NCBI GenBank assembly: GCA_964621615.1
Contig: CAZUMW010000001.1
Location: forward strand, 28,464-92,463
Length of the DNA: 64,000 nucleotides
Direction: 5' to 3'
Origin: an uncultured Thermodesulfobacteriota bacterium
GTDB taxonomy: Bacteria; Desulfobacterota; WTBG01; CAIYCZ01; CAIRTM01
Shown: one piece after another, positions 29,995-39,220 of the stretch
Layout: every line of letters begins with the position of its first letter
How positions within the stretch are numbered: the first letter of the stretch is position 1
Made by a program: the position numbers and the translations under genes
Notes under the pieces: generated by a model
The model's input: only the letters and a program-made list of their open reading frames with translations
What the model was told of the DNA's origin: nothing
Database searches by the model: none

Positions 29995-30055
29995 CCGGAC
30001 TGGCTGTATAGAGAAGGGATACTCTATCAGGCAGTCCGGCTATCCGCTTTTGTAG
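29995..30055 (-). terminator. hairpin + U7 on minus strand in the leader of 29446..29928 (terminator/attenuator-like)
   Basis: Minus-strand reads CCGGACTGCCTGATAGAGTATCCCTTCTCTATACAGCCAGTCCGG then TTTTTTT, about 65 nt upstream of the start codon. Confidence 0.35.
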
Positions 30056-30479
30056 CGGACCCGCGGCTTTCCGCCACCCGATCACTCGGGATTCGGTTTT
30101 TTTCTGATATCAGTTCACAAATGAAATGTTAAACATATAACAAAGCATATTTTGCCACCATTTAAATTGTTATGTACTAATTATTTCTATTAGTGATATA
30201 TAACAAAAATTCAAGTGCATAATTGAGCTTTGCCGAATAAAGGCTTATAAAAAGCAGCGCCTATGTAACTGTAATAAAGGATATAATCAGCGAAAATGAA
30301 CGGTAAATACGGGGGCAGTGTCCGGAAATGCAGCGCAAAAAAGGTACGAGCTCTCGAGGGTGCACACAAATTTTTTTGATTTGACGTAACGAAACAATTG
30401 ATGACAAACGGTGTTTCATATTAATATAGGCACATAGCATTAAAGCATATATCCATTAACCCGTTCGAGGTGCCCTGTT

Positions 30480-31001
30480 ATGACACGCTTATTCACGCGT
30501 TCACGTTTTAGTGTTGTAATGATATGTCTTTTCAGTATTCTTTATTCAGGAACTTTTGCTTTTGCCGGCGCTCCTTCCCGGGCCGTCATCCACCCGGAGC
30601 TGCTGTGCAGCCTGCTCAAGGCTGCAGGCCTTCAGGCCGAGACACTGCGCAGCGGCGACGAGCGCGGCGTTTCTATCAGCAGCCTGCATGGCAGGCAGCT
30701 TTATATCGGGTTCCCGGAATCCGGGCTGGTTCGCAATCAGCCCTTTTTTCTCCAGATAGATCAGACGGGCATGTACGTGGAACTTACCGACGGGTCAGGC
30801 CTTCTCATCGTTTCGCGTGAGTGTGGTGCGTATGACGCAGCGGATGATGTGGCATATTCTGGCGTGCTCGGCATGGTAGCCTGTATCCTTGATGCCGTAT
30901 TTGATATGGTTGAGGGGATTCTCGCCAATCCGCTCAATGTTCTCGGCATACTGAACGCAGTGTTTGAGGGTGTTCTGGAGATAATGGATTGTGTGCTGTG
31001 A
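30480..31001 (+). CDS. hypothetical secreted protein
   Basis: N-terminal hydrophobic signal-like segment. No family recognised. Confidence 0.4.
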   Translation: MTRLFTRSRFSVVMICLFSILYSGTFAFAGAPSRAVIHPELLCSLLKAAGLQAETLRSGDERGVSISSLHGRQLYIGFPESGLVRNQPFFLQIDQTGMYVELTDGSGLLIVSRECGAYDAADDVAYSGVLGMVACILDAVFDMVEGILANPLNVLGILNAVFEGVLEIMDCVL

Positions 31002-31130
31002 AATCCAGCAATGTGCTCAATCCACCATTGTTTCGCCGGAAACCAATTAAACGTATTTATCAAAATCACCGCCCATAGCCGGTTCACTTTTTCTTTTGCT
31101 TTTTAGCGTATCGGTGCTATTATTTTTAAT

Positions 31131-31232
31131 AAGCCGTATTCATGTACACACGGGATTTTGTCCCCAGTGTATGAATACCGGTCCCCAGCCCGGCAGGAAG
31201 AGCTTGGCCGCCACGCCTGCCGGGCTTTTTTT
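31131..31232 (-). repeat. copy 4 (inverted orientation) of ~105-nt intergenic repeat family
   Basis: The reverse complement matches AAGCCCGGCAGGCGTGGCGGCCAAGCTCTTCCTGCCGGGCTGGGGACCGGTATTCATACAC... It lies just downstream of the minus-strand gene 31262..31531. The plus strand also shows a CCCGGCAGG..CCTGCCGGG hairpin + T7. Confidence 0.6.
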
Positions 31233-31261
31233 ATGTGCAGGCTACTTTTTTTAACAGACAG

Positions 31262-31531
31262 TTATTGCTGAATTGAGCCCCGCCGTGAAGAGATGTTTTT
31301 GCGCATGATGCGATAGCGGGTATAGCCGAATATCGCAACAGCTGCAGCCAGCGGAAGCAGCGCATAGCCGAGAAGCATGATGTGGTAATTGTGGGGGAAC
31401 ACTTTGAGGATGGTTACCCCTGATACCCCGAGCATAATAGCGGTGCGGATATATGCAAGAAATGTGCGCTCATTTGCCAGAAGGGTCCTGTCGGCCGAAA
31501 GATCATCACGCAGGTAGGTCTGATCCGTCAT
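31262..31531 (-). CDS. DUF202/YidH-family small membrane protein
   Basis: LANERTFLAYIRTAIML motif typical of DUF202. Two TM helices. Confidence 0.6.
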   Translation of the reverse strand: MTDQTYLRDDLSADRTLLANERTFLAYIRTAIMLGVSGVTILKVFPHNYHIMLLGYALLPLAAAVAIFGYTRYRIMRKNISSRRGSIQQ

Positions 31532-31563
31532 GGTAATGCGATGGTTGTATTTTTAAGTAGCGT

Positions 31564-33237
31564 TCAGGAGCTTACCTGTTTTTTTGCCTGAAGGTATGCG
31601 CCGCAGGACAGGTAGATCAGCACAAATCCGCTCATCAGAATAAGCCCGCCCACAACCGTCAGAATCCAGTTGCTGTCCCGTATATAGCTTATGATGTTCC
31701 ATATCATAGCGTATATTGTCGTAATTGCCACCAGCACCAGCGGAATAGTGATAAACCATCGCTTTGTCTTGCGCTTCACCAGATAGATTGTGATGGTGGC
31801 AAAGACAAGCGAGGCCAGAAGCTGATTTGTGGTGCCGAACAGCGGCCAGAGCAGAAGTCCCGCGGGCTTGCCGCCGTAAGTGCCCATGGCAAGCATGAAT
31901 GCCAGGCCCGCACAGATCCCGGATCCCACATAGCGGTTTTTCAGGACCGGCGTTTTGTGCTGATCCCCGAACTCGGCGACAATATAGCGCCCGAGGCGGC
32001 ACGCGGAGTCGAGTGTGGTCATGGCAAATGCAATAATAATGAGCGCGATAAAGGTTTTTCCGATTTTGACCGGTATGCCCAGCGGAGCAATGAACAGTGC
32101 CGAGCCGTCGACAAAGGCAGTCAGCTTTGCACCAAGGCCTGCGGCTGCGGTCCAGCTTTTGTAATGCCCCATCCAGTCCCCTGTGCTGTCAAAGCCCGCT
32201 GTGCAGGCGACAACCGCACACAGCGCAAGTGCCGATTCGCCGATCATTCCGCCGTACGCGACAAAGGGCGCATCCTGCTCGCTGTTCAGCTGCTTTGAGG
32301 ATGTTCCGGAAGACACGATCGAGTGAAATCCTGACAGAGCGCCGCAGGCGATGGTGATGAATAAGAAGGGCCACATAGGCGGTGCGCCGGGTACGCTGAG
32401 CCGTATGGCCGGGGCATCCATTGCCGGAGCGGACACGATAATCCCCACAAAAAGAAGCAGCAGGCCGGCATACAGCTTGAATGACTCCAGATAATCCCGG
32501 GGCTGGAGCAGCAGCCAGACGGGAAGAACCGACGCGACCAGGCTGTATACCGCAAGCAGCATAATCCATGTCGATTTTGCAGAGCCGATAATGCAGCTTT
32601 CAGGCAGTTGGTACGGATGATCTGCTCCCCACCAGATGGCAAGCGCCATCAGTATAATGCCTACCGTGCTTGCCGGCCCCAGGCCGATATTTGTTCGGTA
32701 TATCAGCACCCCGATGGCGATGGCGATCACCATGAGGGAAAATACGGGAAAGACCACTTCCGGGTATTCGATCAGCAGGCCGGCGATAACCAGAAGAAAC
32801 ACGGCAAGCACCAGCACGAGCACGAAAAACATGATAATCATGTAGGCGGTTGTTGCCTTTCTGCCGAGCATTTCCCCGGCGATATCACCGATTGAGCGGG
32901 CGCGGTTTCTTACCGACAGTACCAGAGCGCTTAAATCATGGACGCAGCCCATGAGCACGGCTCCGAATACCACCCACAAAAAAGCAGGAACCCATCCCCA
33001 TATGACGGCAAGCGCCGGCCCCACAATCGGTGCGGCGCCGGCAATAGAAGCAAAATGATGACCGAACAGCACGTACTTATTGGTTGGAAGATAGTCGACA
33101 CCATCCTTCATAGTATGAGACGGTACCGGGGCCGACGGGTCGAGCCGGAAGATTTTATCGGCAAGATACCGGGCATACAGCCGGTACCCCAGGACGTATA
33201 ATATAAGACCGCTGACGGTGATGAGTATTGCCTTCAT
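31564..33237 (-). CDS. cstA: carbon starvation protein A (CstA-family peptide/pyruvate transporter)
   Basis: N-terminal ILYVLGYRLYARYLADKIFRLD...VLFGHHFASIAGAAPIVGPALAVIWGW is the CstA signature. Polytopic. Confidence 0.85.
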   Translation of the reverse strand: MKAILITVSGLILYVLGYRLYARYLADKIFRLDPSAPVPSHTMKDGVDYLPTNKYVLFGHHFASIAGAAPIVGPALAVIWGWVPAFLWVVFGAVLMGCVHDLSALVLSVRNRARSIGDIAGEMLGRKATTAYMIIMFFVLVLVLAVFLLVIAGLLIEYPEVVFPVFSLMVIAIAIGVLIYRTNIGLGPASTVGIILMALAIWWGADHPYQLPESCIIGSAKSTWIMLLAVYSLVASVLPVWLLLQPRDYLESFKLYAGLLLLFVGIIVSAPAMDAPAIRLSVPGAPPMWPFLFITIACGALSGFHSIVSSGTSSKQLNSEQDAPFVAYGGMIGESALALCAVVACTAGFDSTGDWMGHYKSWTAAAGLGAKLTAFVDGSALFIAPLGIPVKIGKTFIALIIIAFAMTTLDSACRLGRYIVAEFGDQHKTPVLKNRYVGSGICAGLAFMLAMGTYGGKPAGLLLWPLFGTTNQLLASLVFATITIYLVKRKTKRWFITIPLVLVAITTIYAMIWNIISYIRDSNWILTVVGGLILMSGFVLIYLSCGAYLQAKKQVSS

Positions 33238-33338
33238 CTGTATATTCCTTTTGTAAAAATGATTTTTTTTACTATCTTTGATATACTTTATATGCAGTCA
33301 ATAATATTGTCAATATTCAATGAAAAGCTGGAGCGATT

Positions 33339-35012
33339 ATGAAACCATGTCTGTTTTGTATCATTGCGTGTGCAGTATGGGGGCTGTGTCTCAGTTCGTG
33401 CATCCTGTCACCTCCCCTGGTTCCGGAAGAGCCGGGACCGCCTGCCGCGGCAGAGCCGCTGCCCGCCACGGTGACTGTCGAGGCGATATCCATTCCTGCA
33501 GAGGCTCCCCGAGGCAACGGCACTCCCCCGGATGCCTGCGACAGCATAACCTTTCTGCGGTTCCGCCCGGAAACGCAAACGGGTGACCCGAAACCGGTTC
33601 GGGCGGTTCTTCTGATGATACCCGGTTATCTGGGCGGCGCGAACAATTTTTACTCATTCGGCAGACATCTGGTCGCTCTGGCCGAGCAGGCGGGTGAGGG
33701 GTCTGTTGAGGTGTGGGCGTTTGAGCGGCGCCCGAACTGCCTTGAGGATCTGACCGGAATGAACGCCGCCGAACAGCTGGGGGACCCCGATGTTGCACTT
33801 GATTATTACTACAACGGCCGGACAATCAACGGCTCCGCATTCGCCGGCTTTCTCCAAAGCGGCGAGGCGCCGTATCTGTCAGAATTCGGTCTGCAGCTCG
33901 TTATGGAGGACATCTACCGGATAGCCGTTCATATGATGCCCGACCGCGAGGACCGCGCGCGGTGTCTTTTTGTGGGCGGCCATTCGCTTGGCGCCTATCT
34001 GAGCGCGCTGTTTGCCGGGTGGGATTTTGACAATAACACTGAAACGACAGCAGATGCCGGGTTTAAAAACTGTGCCGGGCTGATAGGGCTTGACCGGCCG
34101 CTGGAAACGATAGCGGGCAGCATAGAGGAGTCGCAGTATGTGCTGGAGCTGGCGGCTCTGCGCCAGGGAACCGCGGGGCGCCTTGATGTGCTGCCCGGGA
34201 TAAGCTTTCCGCCGGAAGCGCTTGCCATTCCGGAAATGCTGGGCCTTTATGCGGCGCGCTTTCCGGACAATGAGTCCGGCTTTTTTCAGAAGGCCGCCGT
34301 TTCTTCTGAAACGGAGGCGCTCGTCCGGCTGTTTCAGTCACAAAGCATTGCCGGCTATTTTGCCGGGCCCGATAATTTTTATGAGCGCAGGTTCACCAAT
34401 GAAGCGATGCTCGGCATATTTCTCGATGACAATTTTCAGCCGGTAACTATCGGCAGGATGAGCATGGGGTTTCTTGCCGGCGGCCCTGTTGCACGGCGTC
34501 GATTCCCGGGGCAGCTGCTTGAAGAGCTCAGGCTGAACACCCTTTTTGACGCCGAGAACATTTTTGTGGCTTGCGGGGATAACGAGTCACTGTATCGGTG
34601 GGCCAATTTTGATACTGTCGGCACAAGCGCGGACCCGCTATACCAGGACTGCTCAGGGATGGTTACGCTGACGACTGTGAACGAGGAGGTAACGGATATA
34701 CAGGAGGCCGCCGCTGCGATGTATGCCGGCCCGCTTAATTTTTTCGAGTGGTATTTTCCCGCGCGGCTGCGCCTTGATATAGAGGCGGCCGGAGCCGATT
34801 ACAGCAAAAGCTACGGCCTGTGGCTCTGTTATGCGGATGCGCTTGACGGAGTTCCGAAATATGAGCTGCTGGAGGAAGATGTCGAGGGGTATGATCATCT
34901 TGACTTTCTTCTGGCCGCTGCCGACCGTCCGCAGCGGCGGGAAAACGAGGTCCTGAAGCCGTTGCTTGAATTTGTGCTTTCCCTCAGCGACGGCACCGTT
35001 ACTGTGCCATGA
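33339..35012 (+). CDS. secreted lipoprotein with alpha/beta-hydrolase (lipase-like GHSLG) motif
   Basis: Lipoprotein signal (LSSC). Nucleophile elbow VGGHSLGAY. Confidence 0.5.
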   Translation: MKPCLFCIIACAVWGLCLSSCILSPPLVPEEPGPPAAAEPLPATVTVEAISIPAEAPRGNGTPPDACDSITFLRFRPETQTGDPKPVRAVLLMIPGYLGGANNFYSFGRHLVALAEQAGEGSVEVWAFERRPNCLEDLTGMNAAEQLGDPDVALDYYYNGRTINGSAFAGFLQSGEAPYLSEFGLQLVMEDIYRIAVHMMPDREDRARCLFVGGHSLGAYLSALFAGWDFDNNTETTADAGFKNCAGLIGLDRPLETIAGSIEESQYVLELAALRQGTAGRLDVLPGISFPPEALAIPEMLGLYAARFPDNESGFFQKAAVSSETEALVRLFQSQSIAGYFAGPDNFYERRFTNEAMLGIFLDDNFQPVTIGRMSMGFLAGGPVARRRFPGQLLEELRLNTLFDAENIFVACGDNESLYRWANFDTVGTSADPLYQDCSGMVTLTTVNEEVTDIQEAAAAMYAGPLNFFEWYFPARLRLDIEAAGADYSKSYGLWLCYADALDGVPKYELLEEDVEGYDHLDFLLAAADRPQRRENEVLKPLLEFVLSLSDGTVTVP

Positions 35013-35020
35013 GAAAAGGG

Positions 35021-38000
35021 CTACGGGCACGCCCGGCTGCCGGCTGCCGACCGGTCGCGGGCGTGGGATGCCTGATGCATGAATGCCTCAATGCGCGTCT
35101 GGTCCCCGGACTGCCTGGTTCCGTCATATACCATTTTGAGTATGGGCAGATGGGGGTAGTCCCGTGCAAAGCGGCACAGCAGCGTGTTCACGATGGTGCC
35201 CGGCATGCAGTTGAAAGGAATGACATTCACTATGCCGTGGCACCCATGCTGGGCATATTCCACGCAGCGGCCCATGCTCAGCGTCGCCTCTCCGCGGATA
35301 TCTTCCGGCAGGTAGGGCCCGCACAGGTGCATGACTTCTGCCGTCGCCGGCTCTGAGAAAAAGTGAGGTATAGCGCCGGCGAACGCCTTTTTGATTTTTT
35401 TAACCTCTCGATTTTGAATGCCGCCCTTAAATAGCTCCAGCAGGAAGCGGCTCAGCGGTCCGTCGCGCCTGAAATCCTTTCGGCGCTCCCAGTCCGTGTA
35501 GGATACCCATTCCTGCAGCGTGGGCATAACAACCTCTCCGCCGCACTGCTCGATCCGCTTGATGATAAAGTCGTTGCTGAACCTGTTTGAGCGGACAAAG
35601 ATCTCCCCCACGATGCCGATAAGCGGCTTTTTTCGGGACCGGTCTGCAGGGATTGCTGTAAACCGCCGGGCGGCATCCTGCGCACAGGAGCCGATTGTGC
35701 CGGCTTGTTCCACGCATGAAACAAGAGCATCAAGGCACTGTGCATATACGGCATCGGTTTCGCCGGGATTGATCTCATAGGGCCGGGTGTGCAGCTGCAG
35801 CTTTTTCAGGTAGTCAATAACGATGAGCCCCTGCCAGCCGAGCAGCCTGAAGCCCGGGCCGAGCGCGCTCAGCGTGCTGTCATAATCGGTAGTCTGATCC
35901 AGCACAAGCAGCTCAACCGAGCCGAGCCCCAGCTCGTTGAGCACATGCCGGTGAAATCGGTTGTACTGGCCGAATCGGCAGGGGCCCATGGCGGAGGGCA
36001 TAAAAAAGCATGAGCGCTCGGGGCTGAAATCATCTGCCAGGGCCTTTCGCACGATGTCGCCGGTGGTGATAATGCAGGGATAGCACTCTTTTCCGGTGGT
36101 GTACCGCCGGCCGAGCGCTATGGAGCTTTCATCGGCCATGGGCAGCGCTTCCGCGTCTATGCCTCTGTGACGCATGGCAGCAGCGAGCATCAGCCCGTGG
36201 TCGTCCATATAGGGTATGTAGACTGTGCGGTGGTTTGTGTTGTTCCGGGCTATGGGCGCAGCGGTGACTTTGCGCCGCCCCGCGCCCGGAGCGGCTGCAG
36301 GGCGAATGCTGTCAAGATAGGCCTCAAGGCGGGTTATGATTCCGGCGTCGGCGCTGTGCTCATCAAGCTCTATGGACAGATACGGCTTTCCCGCCATTTC
36401 CCGGTCAAAATACTTGGTAATAAAGGAATCCGGGCCGCATGAAAAATTGGTAATATACACCGCATGAAGCCGCCGGTCACGGGAAACAGTCCGTGCGGCG
36501 GAAAGAATTCGCTGGCCGTAGCGCCAGTACATGGAAGACATTTCAGGGCCGAAATCATGGTGTACGGGAAGATAGTCAAGGGGAATCGGAAAGGCGCCGA
36601 GCGCGCGGAGCTTGCCGGGTATGTCGAAGTTAAGGCCCGGGTCGCAGCCGTTGTACGGCCTGCTGACAACCGCAATGCAGGGGCGGTCATCGGGCAGGCG
36701 GTCAAGCACCTCCCGGCCCCGCCTGCTCACGTCCGCTCGAAACGAGCGCAGTGAGTCAAACGCTGCTTCGGTGGCTCGGTTTACCGCCTTTTTGCCCCGG
36801 CCGAGCATTTTCCCGAGCCTGTGCAGCTGCGGGGTGTAGACACGCGCACCCCACTCAAAGTGGAGGACAGGGCTGAGCACCCGGCAGCGCGAAGAGCTCT
36901 TTTTTAGCGCGGCGCCGACCAGGTACGGAAGGCTCTGCACAAACGGGCAGTTATAGGACACGCGCGCATCTTTGCTCAGGTGCTCCATGTTTACGATACA
37001 GGGCAAAAACAAAAAATCGACCTCCCGGTCTATCAGCTCGCTCACGTGTCCGTGAGCAACCTTTATGGGAAAGCATATTTCCTCCATGACCGACTCACAC
37101 CCCCGGTTGACAATGCGGCGGGTGGTTTTGGGAGAAGAAACTACACAAAACCCGAGCTCGCTGAAAAAGGCGTTCCAGAACGGATACAGCTCAAAAAAAA
37201 GAGTTGCCCGGGGTATGCCGACTGTGGGGGCATCAGGGGGCACCGGCGCAGAGGGCGTGTACGGGTTGTTCAGGAGCGAGCTGCGCTCGGCAAACAGGTC
37301 GGGTCCGTCCGCGCACGCGGCCTCGCGTTTTTTCTCGTCATATTTGCCGCACCTGCTTCCGTAATATAGCGGGGGCTCACCTTCGATAGATACCTTTCTG
37401 ATTTCACAGGTGTTGGGACAGTCGTGACACTCGAAAGACTCAACCGTATATTGCCGCTGGGCAAGATCGAAGCCTTTAAACCGTGATGGGCCGTCTGAGC
37501 TGTGCTCGAGTGCGATAAGTGCGGCACCCAGCGCCCCGAGAACATCGTGATGCTCGGGAACGGTGATTTTTTTTCCGCATATTTTTTCGAATGCGGCTTT
37601 GACCCCCCGATTGTACGCGGTTCCTCCCTGAAAAAATATAACGTCGCCGATCCGCCGCTCCTCAACAACCCTGTTCAGGTAATTCAGTACGATTGAATAG
37701 CATAGCCCGGCCACCAGATCCTGCTTTTGCAGGCCCTGCTGCTGATAATGGTTGAGGCTCGACTCCATAAACACGGTGCACCGCTCGCCGAGGTTGACCG
37801 GGGCCGTAGAGGACAGGGCCAGTGCGCTGAAATCGTTCTTTATATCAAGGCCGAGCTTCTCGGCCTGCTCTTCAAGAAAAGAGCCGGTTCCGGCAGCGCA
37901 GACCTTGTTCATCGTAAAGTCAACGACCGCACCATGGTCCAGGCTTATGTATTTGGAGTCCTGGCCGCCGATTTCAAAAATGGTATCCACCTGCGGGTTG

Positions 38001-39220
38001 ACAGCTGTAGCGCCGCGGGCGTGTGCGGTGATTTCGTTTTTTACACAGTCCGCTCCGACAAAGTCGCCGATAAGATACCGGCCCGATCCGGTGGTCGCGG
38101 CGCCGTTGATAATCACGCTGTCGCCGACTTCGCTGCCGATTTCCCGCAGACCTCTGCAGACGGCTTCTATCGGGCGACCGCCGGTCATAAGATAGCGCCG
38201 GGCGATAACGCGGCGGGACTCATCGATCACCACCAGGTTGGTGCTGATTGAGCCGACATCAATACCAAGAAACGCGCTGATCGGAGCGGAGCCGCGGACA
38301 GGGGCGGGGTCGATGGTAATGGGGTAGCCGTCGTCTTCAAGGGGCGGATGCCTGCCGCAGTCAAACGATCGGTTGTGCAAATAGGTTTCCAGCGGCTCTG
38401 TGCCGCTGAAAGCGGCAGCCGCTCCGGCCTCCAGCATGGAGATCACCGCGCCGATCGCACCCATGCTGCAGAAGTGCCCGGGTATGACAAGCTCACCAGG
38501 CCGCAGCTCAAGCACGCTTTCAAAGGCGCGCACCATGCCGCGGTTAGCCGCCACCCCTCCCTGGAAGGCAATGGGCTTTTGCAGCTCGATGCCCTTTGCC
38601 TCGTTGCTTTTGAAATTTCTGGCCATTGCCATGCACAGGCCCATAATTATGTCATGGTCCGGCGTGGCTATTTGCTGCAGGTGAATCATGTCTGATTTGG
38701 CAAACACGCTGCAGCGTCCGGCTATGCGCGGCGGGTGCTGGGATTTCAGGGCCAGCCTGCCGAATTCCTCTTCTATGCTTACCCCCAGCCGCGCAGCCTG
38801 CTGGTCGAGAAACGAGCCTGTCCCGGCTGCGCAGACCGTGTTCATGGCAAAGTCTTTAATTCTGGATGTGCCGGTAACCGGGTCCGGCTCCAGCTGTATG
38901 AGCTTTGCGTCCTCGCCGCCTATTTCAATTATTGTTCTGATTTCGGGGCACAGCCGCGCTGTGGCCGTGCTCTGGGCGATTATTTCGTTGACGCAGTGGC
39001 ACCCCAGAACCCCTGCGATCAGCGGGCCGCCGCTGCCCGTAACAGCAGCGGCCTGTATTGCGCCGGTGCCGTGCCGGGTACACATATCCTCCAGCAGCCT
39101 CAGCAGGGTTTCTACCGGCTGGCCGTGCGTGCGCACATAATGCTCCTCCCGGATATGAGCGTCGGCTGTCATGAGAACAGCGTTTATGCTGATTGATCCG
39201 ATATCAATTCCCAGAAACAT
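35021..39220 (-). CDS. 1399-aa fusion of two BadF/BadG/BcrA/BcrD (HgdC-like) ATPase activase domains with an HgdB/DUF2229-like 2-hydroxyacyl-CoA dehydratase D-component-like domain
   Basis: Two ASKHA activase repeats (LGIDIGSISINAVL...CAAGTGSFLDQQAARLG and LGIDVGSISTNLVV...CAAGTGSFLEEQAEKLG). Cys cluster CHDCPNTC...CGKY. C-terminal dehydratase-like region. Confidence 0.8.
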   Translation of the reverse strand: MFLGIDIGSISINAVLMTADAHIREEHYVRTHGQPVETLLRLLEDMCTRHGTGAIQAAAVTGSGGPLIAGVLGCHCVNEIIAQSTATARLCPEIRTIIEIGGEDAKLIQLEPDPVTGTSRIKDFAMNTVCAAGTGSFLDQQAARLGVSIEEEFGRLALKSQHPPRIAGRCSVFAKSDMIHLQQIATPDHDIIMGLCMAMARNFKSNEAKGIELQKPIAFQGGVAANRGMVRAFESVLELRPGELVIPGHFCSMGAIGAVISMLEAGAAAAFSGTEPLETYLHNRSFDCGRHPPLEDDGYPITIDPAPVRGSAPISAFLGIDVGSISTNLVVIDESRRVIARRYLMTGGRPIEAVCRGLREIGSEVGDSVIINGAATTGSGRYLIGDFVGADCVKNEITAHARGATAVNPQVDTIFEIGGQDSKYISLDHGAVVDFTMNKVCAAGTGSFLEEQAEKLGLDIKNDFSALALSSTAPVNLGERCTVFMESSLNHYQQQGLQKQDLVAGLCYSIVLNYLNRVVEERRIGDVIFFQGGTAYNRGVKAAFEKICGKKITVPEHHDVLGALGAALIALEHSSDGPSRFKGFDLAQRQYTVESFECHDCPNTCEIRKVSIEGEPPLYYGSRCGKYDEKKREAACADGPDLFAERSSLLNNPYTPSAPVPPDAPTVGIPRATLFFELYPFWNAFFSELGFCVVSSPKTTRRIVNRGCESVMEEICFPIKVAHGHVSELIDREVDFLFLPCIVNMEHLSKDARVSYNCPFVQSLPYLVGAALKKSSSRCRVLSPVLHFEWGARVYTPQLHRLGKMLGRGKKAVNRATEAAFDSLRSFRADVSRRGREVLDRLPDDRPCIAVVSRPYNGCDPGLNFDIPGKLRALGAFPIPLDYLPVHHDFGPEMSSMYWRYGQRILSAARTVSRDRRLHAVYITNFSCGPDSFITKYFDREMAGKPYLSIELDEHSADAGIITRLEAYLDSIRPAAAPGAGRRKVTAAPIARNNTNHRTVYIPYMDDHGLMLAAAMRHRGIDAEALPMADESSIALGRRYTTGKECYPCIITTGDIVRKALADDFSPERSCFFMPSAMGPCRFGQYNRFHRHVLNELGLGSVELLVLDQTTDYDSTLSALGPGFRLLGWQGLIVIDYLKKLQLHTRPYEINPGETDAVYAQCLDALVSCVEQAGTIGSCAQDAARRFTAIPADRSRKKPLIGIVGEIFVRSNRFSNDFIIKRIEQCGGEVVMPTLQEWVSYTDWERRKDFRRDGPLSRFLLELFKGGIQNREVKKIKKAFAGAIPHFFSEPATAEVMHLCGPYLPEDIRGEATLSMGRCVEYAQHGCHGIVNVIPFNCMPGTIVNTLLCRFARDYPHLPILKMVYDGTRQSGDQTRIEAFMHQASHARDRSAAGSRACP

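Noticed and set aside
35009-39140. Numerous 60-170-aa + strand ORFs inside the activase/dehydratase gene, and similar nested ORFs in polA, asnB, hybrid kinases and the giant adhesin
   Set aside because: All lie antisense or out-of-frame within long, motif-supported genes in high-GC sequence. These are typical spurious ORFs.
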